A stretch of 16,395 bases of DNA from Gemmatimonadota bacterium (GTDB taxonomy: Bacteria > Gemmatimonadota > Gemmatimonadetes > Gemmatimonadales > GWC2-71-9), in NCBI GenBank assembly GCA_036679605.1, contig JAZDCZ010000230.1, positions 1 to 16,395 on the forward strand, given 5' to 3'. The first letter of the stretch is position 1. Each line of letters starts with the position of its first letter. Positions 1 to 7,553 of the stretch are shown here, piece by piece. The notes below the pieces were generated by a model, which made no database searches, was not told the DNA's origin, and saw nothing but the letters and a program-made list of their open reading frames with translations. The position numbers and the translations under genes were made by a program.

Positions 1-279
1 ATCGACCTTGGCTGTAGCCTTGCCGATCTTGCCCTTGGGATCGCCGTCGATGCAGGCATCGGCATCCGTAATCTTCGACTTGGTCGCATCGCCCACGCAT
101 TTGGCGTTGTTCTTGCCGACCGTCTTGCCCACCTTGGACGAGGCGTTATTGATGCCGTTGATGCACTTTACCTCGGCCGCATCTTGGGCTCGTGCGACCG
201 ACGCCAACGGGCCCATGCCCAAAAACATCACCGCGACGGCCGCGGCCATTCCTATAGAAGGTATCGACATAGCCGACAT
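1..279 (-). CDS. Secreted Cys-rich helical-repeat protein, N-terminal part only (runs off the window edge)
   Basis: Not in the ORF track; translated by hand from ATG at 279 with AAGGGA upstream. It reads MSAMSIPSIGMAAAVAVMFLGMGPLASVARA|QDAAEVKCINGINNASSKVGKTVGKNNAKCVGDATKSKITDADACIDGDPKGKIGKATAKVD and is open to position 1. It has a signal peptide with an ARA cleavage site and clear similarity to the protein starting at 15376. Confidence 0.85.
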   Translation of the reverse strand, partial: MSAMSIPSIGMAAAVAVMFLGMGPLASVARAQDAAEVKCINGINNASSKVGKTVGKNNAKCVGDATKSKITDADACIDGDPKGKIGKATAKVD

Positions 280-466
280 GAACGGTTTCCCTTTTGCGAT
301 CATCGGATTCTCCTTAAACAAAACAATAAAAACCTCGACAAAGCCTTACGCTCTACGCCTGCTTCTTCACCCCGGAATGAAGCACGACCGGATGCCCCAA
401 GCCGATGTACTCATCGCTAGGCAACCAGCTTCTATGCACTCGCAGCCGCGCGTGCTCCAACGTGTG

Positions 467-497
467 ATCATAGACTGAAGAGTAGGAGTATTGTCAA
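467..497 (-). promoter_or_regulatory. Possible sigma70-type promoter for the gene starting at 279
   Basis: The minus strand reads TTGACA (497-492), a 19-nt spacer, then TATGAT (472-467). The -35 is perfect and the -10 is 5/6, but the spacer is longer than the usual 17+/-1. Confidence 0.35.
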
Positions 498-565
498 GGC
501 CAAAGCCCCCGAACGCCCCCATAGGGGGGGTAGCTGCGGCTCACCTTCCCTATCGTCCCAACGGG

Positions 566-1801
566 TCACGGCCCTCCGCAGGTGTACTTCTGGACGCGAT
601 GGTTATCGAGATCGACCACGTAGACGTTGCCGGTTCCATCCGCGGCAATCCCACGCGGAAAACGGAACTGCCCGTCGAGACTCCCCGACACCCCCCAGGC
701 AGCTACGAATCGGCCTGCCTCGTCGAACTGTTGCACTCTGTGGTTATCGCTGTCTGCAACAAACACGCTGCCCAACCCGTCCAGTGAGATACCATGTGGT
801 AAGTTGAACTGGCCGTCAGCGTTGCCCAAAGAACCCCATGACGAGACAAACGCGCCACCTGAATCCAACTTCTGAATGCGATGGTTGGCAGTGTCGGAAA
901 CATAGATATTGCCCGCGTTATCTATGGCCACGTCGCGAGGGTCATCGAACTGTCCGGGCCCGCTGCCGAACGTTCCCAAAGTAGCCACGAAAGTTCCACT
1001 CGCCGTAAACTTCTGTACTCGGTCGTTGCCGCTATCGGCGACATACACGTTGCCACCGGCATCGACCGCGACACCTTGAGGGTTGAAAAATTGGCCATTG
1101 CCTGTACCGAAAACGCCCCACGCGGAAAGAGCCGCTCCTGCAGATGTGAAGACCTGCACACGCTGGTTAGTGCGGTCGGAAACAACCACGTTACCGTTGG
1201 GTGCAACCGCCACATAGCGCGGTCTGTCGAACTCGCCTAGACCTTGGCCGACGCTTCCCCAACGTCCCAAGAATCCGCCGGTCGCGGTGAAAAACTGTAC
1301 CCGATTGTTTCTCGAATCGACTACATAGACATTGCCGCCTGTCCCGGTCGCCACACCGCGAGGCCCGTTGAACTGCCCGTTGCTGGCGCCGAATACGCCC
1401 CATTTGGTAACAAAGGTATCGCAAGCAGGGGGCAAGGGCGGTAGGGTTGTGGACGTAGTCGTAGTCGTCGGGAAACACGGCCCCTGACAGCTCATCAAAA
1501 CATTTTGTCCGACGGCGATGCGCAGAACCCTGAGGGCATCGCTCGAACGAATCGTACAATTGGCGTCGACGTCGCATATGCGAACATCGCAAGTAATAGC
1601 CCCCACCGCGGCGTTCAGGATGAACAACGCGTCCGACGCCGTCGGCAGCGACCCCGTGCTTACCGGCTGGCCACAATCGCCCAAAGCCGCATACGACGCG
1701 TCCGCGCATACAATAAAGCAACCCATCAAGGCCGCCGCGAGCGTCGCTCGAGAACTACAACCGATAAACCACGAGCGTCCGACTTTCCGTTCTTTCTTCA
1801 C
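566..1801 (-). CDS. Secreted NHL-repeat (6-bladed beta-propeller) protein with N-terminal dockerin-like module and Thr/Pro linker
   Basis: Six 47-aa repeats of the type WGxxGxxxGQFxxPxGVAxDxxGNVYVxDxxNxRVQxF. The start is moved from the ORF-track 1897 to GTG at 1801 (GGAG 7 nt upstream), which gives a basic n-region, a hydrophobic stretch and an ASYA|A site. A duplicated SDALxxLxxAVG motif and a PTTTTTSTTLPPLPP linker precede the repeats. Confidence 0.9.
   Translation of the reverse strand: MKKERKVGRSWFIGCSSRATLAAALMGCFIVCADASYAALGDCGQPVSTGSLPTASDALFILNAAVGAITCDVRICDVDANCTIRSSDALRVLRIAVGQNVLMSCQGPCFPTTTTTSTTLPPLPPACDTFVTKWGVFGASNGQFNGPRGVATGTGGNVYVVDSRNNRVQFFTATGGFLGRWGSVGQGLGEFDRPRYVAVAPNGNVVVSDRTNQRVQVFTSAGAALSAWGVFGTGNGQFFNPQGVAVDAGGNVYVADSGNDRVQKFTASGTFVATLGTFGSGPGQFDDPRDVAIDNAGNIYVSDTANHRIQKLDSGGAFVSSWGSLGNADGQFNLPHGISLDGLGSVFVADSDNHRVQQFDEAGRFVAAWGVSGSLDGQFRFPRGIAADGTGNVYVVDLDNHRVQKYTCGGP
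578..1417 (-). repeat. Six intragenic NHL repeats (141-bp / 47-aa period)
   Basis: Repeat units begin TFVTKWG, GFLGRWG, AALSAWG, TFVATLG, AFVSSWG and RFVAAWG at exact 47-aa spacing. Confidence 0.9.
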
Positions 1802-1886
1802 GAATAATCTCCGTTGCGTCACCGTACTAGATTTGGATGCCGGCCTGCACGCGTTTCCCTTAAGCCAGACCACAATTTCAGCGACG

Positions 1887-3767
1887 TTAGAACTCATAGG
1901 TCACTTTGACCACAACGTTCGAGGCCACCTCGCCGCTCTCGGCCCCATAGGCATCGCCGGCACGAAACAGCCCGGCGACGATCTCGAATTCGAGGCGATC
2001 CCACTCTTCCAGTCCGACCAAAAGGTCGATCTCCTGGCCGATATCCCGACGTTGGGCGAGGCCACCCTTTCTAATGCGTGCATCACGCAAAAACTTTGCG
2101 GCATGGACCTGCCTGTACAGATGCCAGAGGATCTCTAGCGAACTCGATTCGAGCAGAGGAAAACCGAGCGCAACCGTCCCTATGTGAAGGTTCGAGAGTT
2201 CGGGGCGGGAAACTTCACCGTAATATCGGAAGCGGTCCACCCCGCGGAATTTACCGTTGTTGTCCTGGAGGTCGGTCTGACGAAACGCACGGTCGGTTCC
2301 TTTGGAGTCGCGCTTGGGGTCGCTGTCGCCGGATCCGTACGCGTAACCCAGAGTAAAGCTGGGTTCGAGAGGCCACCGGGTATTCCAGGTGACTCCGGCG
2401 TCCAGACCCCACCCGCTGACATCCCTTACAAAAGGGTTGTCCGCTACGATCATCCCGGGTACCGGCGACGGATCAAAGTCGGTTACGAGCTCCTTACCCG
2501 TCACCCGTGCGGTGTCCAACCAGTAGTACAGGCGGTGATCGGAGTTGACCTTCCACTTGCCCATGGCACGTAGCCCGAACCATGTCAGGTCAGCGTCGAT
2601 CTCATCCTCGTCGTCGGCAGCGATCAATTGGCCGTCGGTCTGTGTCGACGAGTGATCGTCCTGCTTCAAATAGAACGCTTCCAATCTGAGCTTCGGGCTC
2701 GCGCGCCACGACAGATGGCCGAGGATCCGAGCCACGTCCTCCTTTTCGGGATCGATCTGAGCATCGTCGAACGATATCCGCGCAAGACGTTGTCCCAAGG
2801 CGAGCTGCGCGCTGAAGCGATCTCGCCATGAGTAATGAATCCGGATCGCATCAAGACTCTCGTCCCACCACCATTCACGCTTGTCGCGAAAACGCTGCCT
2901 TCCTATCTGTAGACCGAACCCGCTGCCGGAAGAATCATCAAAGTAGATCCAGCTATCACCACGTTGAATGTTTCCGCTCGATTCCGTCGTCCTGTCTTCG
3001 GCCGCAAGCTGTGCATTATGAAGAATTCGCGTTTCAACAAACATCGAGGTTCGTTCTGTCGCGCGGTACAGAACGTTCAGGTCAAGACGTTGGCTTACCC
3101 TCACCTCGCCGTCGTCTCGCAGACCGATAGAAAAGTTGCTTCGCCTGCGGGGCTTGAGTGTGTATTTGGCGCCCAACGTCAAGGGACGACCGTTGATCAT
3201 CCACGTGTGCCCCTCCTGAGGCAGATCATCCGACTCGGACCCGCCTGCCGCCCTTGCAGCACGATCTTCAGCTCCGCTGCTCCCGAAGATCTCGATCAGA
3301 TCCTTGGCCGGAGCGGCTTCGAGTTCGACGTCCTCGCTATCGTCGTCAAAAGACTCCGTGATTCGGATGGCGCGCCGAAGATACACATGGAAACCCAGCC
3401 CTGCCAAGCGGCGAGAGTATTCACGGGCCTTCGATTCAGTCGCAAAACCCCCGCTCACCACACGGAACAGCCTATCTCTCTCGGTGCTGAGCACGATAAT
3501 ACGACTGTCGGGGAAATCCGCCACCAGCCTCCTCAGAAGCCGCAAGGCGGATAGGCGGCGCCGGAAGGCTCCGACCTGCACCGTGTAGTAGACCGCGTCG
3601 CTAGAGGCGATGGTGCTTACGTCGTGTTCTTGCTCCATGACCGCCACGAGCGCAGCCGGCGACCGATCGGCAGCATGCGCCGCGCACACGATTCCCGACA
3701 CCGCGGCGACCACAGCCGGCAAGACCGCTCGAGCTAACACGCCCCTCCGAGATACTCGACGTTCCAT
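1887..3767 (-). CDS. Alginate-export (AlgE-like) outer-membrane beta-barrel protein with N-terminal SPOR peptidoglycan-binding domain
   Basis: Signal peptide (AHA|A). SPOR pattern YTVQVGAF...FRVVSGGFATESKA...L at aa ~60-131, followed by an acidic linker. The barrel region has AlgE-like motifs (GRQRFRDKREWWWDESLDAIR, LGYAYGSGD, FRQTDLQDN...RYYGEVSRPELSNL, DIGQEIDL) and ends in the beta-signal VTYEF. Confidence 0.85.
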   Translation of the reverse strand: MERRVSRRGVLARAVLPAVVAAVSGIVCAAHAADRSPAALVAVMEQEHDVSTIASSDAVYYTVQVGAFRRRLSALRLLRRLVADFPDSRIIVLSTERDRLFRVVSGGFATESKAREYSRRLAGLGFHVYLRRAIRITESFDDDSEDVELEAAPAKDLIEIFGSSGAEDRAARAAGGSESDDLPQEGHTWMINGRPLTLGAKYTLKPRRRSNFSIGLRDDGEVRVSQRLDLNVLYRATERTSMFVETRILHNAQLAAEDRTTESSGNIQRGDSWIYFDDSSGSGFGLQIGRQRFRDKREWWWDESLDAIRIHYSWRDRFSAQLALGQRLARISFDDAQIDPEKEDVARILGHLSWRASPKLRLEAFYLKQDDHSSTQTDGQLIAADDEDEIDADLTWFGLRAMGKWKVNSDHRLYYWLDTARVTGKELVTDFDPSPVPGMIVADNPFVRDVSGWGLDAGVTWNTRWPLEPSFTLGYAYGSGDSDPKRDSKGTDRAFRQTDLQDNNGKFRGVDRFRYYGEVSRPELSNLHIGTVALGFPLLESSSLEILWHLYRQVHAAKFLRDARIRKGGLAQRRDIGQEIDLLVGLEEWDRLEFEIVAGLFRAGDAYGAESGEVASNVVVKVTYEF

Positions 3768-3838
3768 GGACCAGCCAGACGCTCACCGCATCACTGATGC
3801 TTTCGGGATGCTTTTGGCCTCGATCCTTATCATCGCCA

Positions 3839-4795
3839 TTACCAACTGCCCGGCAGCGGACGCCCGTCGAAAAGATCGCGCATCCTGGCAGCATGATCGT
3901 GAGTCGACTGCGAAAAAGTCGACGTTGTTTTTGGATAAGCCAGTTCATCGAGCAAATCGCCCGCCGCTGCCTCGAAGCGTTCGATGTCCTCGACCGGCAT
4001 CTGCGTACGCCAGTTACGTAACCCCTGAGTGGGGGGCAACCAGGCCCTATTCGCCGACAGCCCAGGCTCGGCCTGGGAACGACCTTCGTGGAAGCGCAGC
4101 ATGGAGGAATCAAAGGGCAAGTCGAGAAAGTCGCAGAGTTCCTCACATTGGCCTCCAGGATCGGCCACGAGTTTCTCGTAGCTCACCTCACGATAAAGTT
4201 CGGCTCCAAGCTTGCGACCCGCTTCCCGTCCGAGTCGCACCAACCATTCCCACCACAACGCAGTCGTCGTCACGGGATCCTCCTGCCATCCGGCTCGACG
4301 GCCGGCGGCGCGATCAGCCATGCGCCAGGTCAGCATCGATAAACACACATCACGGCCGTCGCGAATCAGATGTACGAAACGCGCAGAGGGCCATAATTCG
4401 TGCAAGAGGGATATATGGCGCACATAGGGAGGCGTCTTGTCTCCTACGAAGGTTTTTTGTTCTCGCTGTGCGTACAAATCGAATATTCGCGAGACGAAAT
4501 CCGCGTACGACATTTCCCGACCGTCGGATAGTAGCGCTTCGATTTTCTCGCGACGCATACGTAGATGCGCAAAGCGTTTCTCAGCGAAGAGTTCCTCTAT
4601 GATCCCCGGCTTTACCATGCCGGTGTCGGTCACCGCGATGCGGCGGCGGTAGTAACGCGGAATCCAATGTGTCTCGCGGGTTATGGCAATACTCGGATGT
4701 GCGTCGACGAGGCGCTTGAGAAGCGTGGTGCCCGACCTCGGAGTTCCGACGATGAACACATAAGGATTACCGGCTGTTGGTGCGACCTGAGTCAT
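3839..4795 (-). CDS. PAPS-dependent sulfotransferase (Sulfotransfer_3-like family)
   Basis: 5'-PSB loop FIVGTPRSGTTLL, GDKTP, 3'-PB motif HLIRDGRDVCLS and YEKLVADP. The start is set at ATG 4795, which overlaps the upstream stop (ATGA) and has a purine-rich RBS, rather than the ORF-track 4948. Confidence 0.92.
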   Translation of the reverse strand: MTQVAPTAGNPYVFIVGTPRSGTTLLKRLVDAHPSIAITRETHWIPRYYRRRIAVTDTGMVKPGIIEELFAEKRFAHLRMRREKIEALLSDGREMSYADFVSRIFDLYAQREQKTFVGDKTPPYVRHISLLHELWPSARFVHLIRDGRDVCLSMLTWRMADRAAGRRAGWQEDPVTTTALWWEWLVRLGREAGRKLGAELYREVSYEKLVADPGGQCEELCDFLDLPFDSSMLRFHEGRSQAEPGLSANRAWLPPTQGLRNWRTQMPVEDIERFEAAAGDLLDELAYPKTTSTFSQSTHDHAARMRDLFDGRPLPGSW

Positions 4796-6183
4796 TCCCC
4801 TATCCTCGACGACATAGAAATCACCGAAGTCGCCCGGTGCAGTAAGCTCTCCAGTTTGTTCCGCCAATCCTTCTCTTGATGCCTCACGCAATACAGGGCG
4901 ATCTGTAGCAGTGCATGCGCATAACAGGGCGCGAACTTCTCGCCCCACGACTCGGGCACGAGAGACAAGTATCGACCGATAAACGCATCAGCGGCCTCGC
5001 CGGCGTCCACTTCATCGACATTTTTCGTCAACGATAGCGTAGCAAGTCGAGCCGTCATCATGGCAGCGTCGATCATCGGTTCTCCGGCTGCAAAGTTATC
5101 GAAGTCTATGATCGAGACACGATCTCCATCGAGGAACACATGATCACCCTTGAGATCACCATGGACCGGCCTGGACAACGGTTCGCGCGGAACCCGTTGC
5201 AATACGTCTACGAGCTTCGCGAGTTCATTCCGCACGGCGGGGTAGGCCCACTGGATAAGCGTACCGGCCCGTCGCGCCTGGGCAACGAACTCATCGTGGC
5301 CGTAAACTCGAAGCGTAGCAATGTCGCCCGTGTGCAGGGTCGCAAGAGCTGTTGCCACCGATACCGCAGCAGCTGTTATGCTGTGCCCCTGGGCGACCAG
5401 TCGGTCGAGTGAAGTTCCCGACGCCGCGCCCATGACCAAAACACTCTGCGACTCGCAACGTGCGACTACAGGGGCGACATCGAAGCCGATACGACGATCT
5501 GCAGCGGCCCGCTCGAGAGACCGCACAATGTCATAGGCGCGGTCGTCGGCTCCATTTCGATAAAGCTTGACATAGAATGTTCGTTGCTCAGTCCGCCCTC
5601 CGTCCCCATCGCGGGCTTGCACGACGTACCGCAGCGTCGCCCCTTGTAGAGGCCGGTAACGGACAGTACTTACCCGGCAGTCTTGCAGACTCCAGTTCCC
5701 CCGCCCGAACGCAGCCTCCAAGGCTCTGCGCAACTCCGGGGGTGGGCCGGCGACGAACACCGGCAGCCGCGGAAGATATCGGTCGAACGGGAATACTTGA
5801 ACGTGCATTCCGAGTTCCGGGATGAACCCGGTCGGCTCCAGGCCGAGGCGGTTATTGCAACCGCGCTCCGATTGCACCAAGCAACGACGAAGATCCCTCT
5901 CGACCCCTGCGTTCTTGCCGCCTGCATACATGAGCCCCGTTACCCACCGTATCCCTCCGGCGTCCTTCGTGCGGGAGTGGTCGAGCGTCACTTCGTAATG
6001 CGCAATGCAGCGAAGTCCTTCGCGATAACGAAACCGGGCCACCCGGCATGACTCGATCTTCAGCGGCGTCCCGCCGGGTGGTTGCAAGCTGCGTTCGAAC
6101 AATTCTCGCATGCGCTCGCCATCCCAAGCCGTACGCAGATGCGGCAAGGCGGGGTCGCCCGAACCTGTTGTCGTCGCGCCCAT
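4792..6183 (-). CDS. Aminoglycoside-phosphotransferase (APH)-fold kinase, putative sugar/glycan kinase 2
   Basis: FYVKLY (catalytic Lys), VHGDLKGDHVFL (Brenner-type loop), IIDFD and GEPMIDAA. The start is set at ATG 6183, overlapping the upstream stop (TGATG). Confidence 0.85.
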   Translation of the reverse strand: MGATTTGSGDPALPHLRTAWDGERMRELFERSLQPPGGTPLKIESCRVARFRYREGLRCIAHYEVTLDHSRTKDAGGIRWVTGLMYAGGKNAGVERDLRRCLVQSERGCNNRLGLEPTGFIPELGMHVQVFPFDRYLPRLPVFVAGPPPELRRALEAAFGRGNWSLQDCRVSTVRYRPLQGATLRYVVQARDGDGGRTEQRTFYVKLYRNGADDRAYDIVRSLERAAADRRIGFDVAPVVARCESQSVLVMGAASGTSLDRLVAQGHSITAAAVSVATALATLHTGDIATLRVYGHDEFVAQARRAGTLIQWAYPAVRNELAKLVDVLQRVPREPLSRPVHGDLKGDHVFLDGDRVSIIDFDNFAAGEPMIDAAMMTARLATLSLTKNVDEVDAGEAADAFIGRYLSLVPESWGEKFAPCYAHALLQIALYCVRHQEKDWRNKLESLLHRATSVISMSSRIGE

Positions 6184-7553
6184 CAGATACCTTCTAGAAG
6201 GGGCATCGAGACATGCCGCCACTTAGGCCAGAACGCATACAAGCAGGCGAGACGCAAAAGCGCAGCATCGCGATACGCCCCCACGCGCGTCTCGAAGTCG
6301 ACGCCACCAGCCTTGCGCTCGCAGTCCTTGCGCAAAGAATAAGCCTCCAAGAACACACGTTCGATCCCCGAGGAACTCGTAAGGCCCTGTATCGCGCGCA
6401 ACCGACAATGCGCCAGGAAATTCCCGATATCGATCGCCGGGTCCGCACAACACAAGGTGTCGAAGTCGATAAGAACCGTTCTATCCTCGGCTATCAGAAC
6501 CTGCTTGTCGTAGAAGTCGCGGTGGACCACTGCCTGCGGTGCATTACGTGAACGCTCCAGGTTGACGTGCACACGAGCCAACGCACAACGCACCGGCTCG
6601 CGCATATCCTCGTGAACCCTGCCGACCAACCCGACCCAGCGCCGCAGCAGCGAGAACTCATCATCGACCGTATGGAAGCGCTGCAAATCAAGGGTTAATG
6701 CATGGAGACGCGATATACAACGACTTGCAGCTACAACGCCGACGACCGCCGCATCGCCTTCGAGGTCGGCCAACACGGCACCCGGGACGTCCTCCATAAG
6801 CAAGGTCTGCCAGTCCTCGAGATATGCGAGCGGAGCCGGCACGCTACAACCCGAGTCGCCTTCGAGTCCCGATTCTCGAAGCCACAGCATGATTCGCGCA
6901 ATATCTTTGCCACGACCGCCACGGGTCTTGTACATCTTGGCTATCAGCGATCGGTGATCGGCACCTTCCGGAGTTCCCTCTCGTTCTGCACCGCGGAAAC
7001 GAGCGATACAACGCCGCCCGAGACGATGTCCCAGTAACTCGACCCTCAAAGAACGCCGCCCCCCCCCACCCTCGCTCATGTAAGGCGCCAGCACCTGAGC
7101 CGCAACCTTGGGCTTATGGAACAGCTTGAGTCCGACCAGCTTTTCGTCCAGAGCCGGAAAACGAAGGACGACGCCGAGTTCTGCGAAACACGAAACGTAG
7201 ACCTCGGCGTTCCCTGCCTTCAACTGCTTGCGGCGAGATTTTTGCAAGCTCAACACCACGTCACGCCAACGCTGCTCGGCCCCCTCACCGAGCAGCTCCA
7301 CCGTGACCGGTTGTACGTGCTCACCGTCCTCGTTTCGCAGACGTACATCGTACTCGAGTACGAACTCGTCGTCACCGCGCGGATGGATTCGTATTAACTC
7401 GCAATCAAGCACTTCGAAACCTTGTGTCTGCGCGTAATTCCAACGAGAACGCATGGCTTCAAGAAGGACATCGTGGCGCATCAGCGTCTTCAAGCGATCA
7501 ACGGCATCTGTCGTCCCAGCATCGCCTTCGACTCTGGCGTAGGTGGCGATCAT
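6183..7553 (-). CDS. Aminoglycoside-phosphotransferase (APH)-fold kinase, putative sugar/glycan kinase 1
   Basis: LIAKMY, VPAPLAY...LLMEDVPG, VHRDFYDKQVLI, LIDFD and DPAIDIGNFLAH. ATGA overlap with the ABC transporter stop. Confidence 0.88.
   Translation of the reverse strand: MIATYARVEGDAGTTDAVDRLKTLMRHDVLLEAMRSRWNYAQTQGFEVLDCELIRIHPRGDDEFVLEYDVRLRNEDGEHVQPVTVELLGEGAEQRWRDVVLSLQKSRRKQLKAGNAEVYVSCFAELGVVLRFPALDEKLVGLKLFHKPKVAAQVLAPYMSEGGGGRRSLRVELLGHRLGRRCIARFRGAEREGTPEGADHRSLIAKMYKTRGGRGKDIARIMLWLRESGLEGDSGCSVPAPLAYLEDWQTLLMEDVPGAVLADLEGDAAVVGVVAASRCISRLHALTLDLQRFHTVDDEFSLLRRWVGLVGRVHEDMREPVRCALARVHVNLERSRNAPQAVVHRDFYDKQVLIAEDRTVLIDFDTLCCADPAIDIGNFLAHCRLRAIQGLTSSSGIERVFLEAYSLRKDCERKAGGVDFETRVGAYRDAALLRLACLYAFWPKWRHVSMPLLEGI
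7059..7067 (-). repeat. G9 homopolymer tract inside kinase 1
   Basis: The plus strand has nine consecutive C at 7059-7067; the coding strand reads GGT GGG GGG GGG CGG (GGGGR). It is the longest homopolymer I noticed in the window. Confidence 0.8.

Noticed and set aside
381..399. Third sigma54-like site TGGGGCATCCGGTCGTGCT on the minus strand upstream of ATG 279
   Set aside because: The GG-to-GC spacing is 11 rather than the strictly required 10.
8..478. 156-aa plus-strand ORF
   Set aside because: It is the antisense shadow of the minus-strand secreted protein at 1-279, which has an RBS, a signal peptide and a paralogue in the window.
3735..3752. Twin-arginine (Tat)-like SRRGVL in the porin signal peptide
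   Set aside because: It lacks the consensus Phe. Beta-barrels normally use Sec/BAM, and other secreted proteins here also have Arg/Lys-rich n-regions.
1887..3767. Calling the locus alginate biosynthesis (algE)
   Set aside because: No algD, alg8, alg44, algK, algG, algX or algL-like genes are present. Only the pore family is shared, so no gene symbol was assigned.
3610..4602. 330-aa plus-strand ORF
   Set aside because: It lies antisense to the sulfotransferase and porin genes and is Arg/Pro/Ser-rich with no motifs, typical of a GC-rich shadow ORF.
4792..7553. Aminoglycoside-resistance interpretation of the two APH-fold genes
   Set aside because: They are much longer than resistance APHs, have non-canonical catalytic loops, are translationally coupled within a glycosyltransferase operon, and have no mobile-element context.
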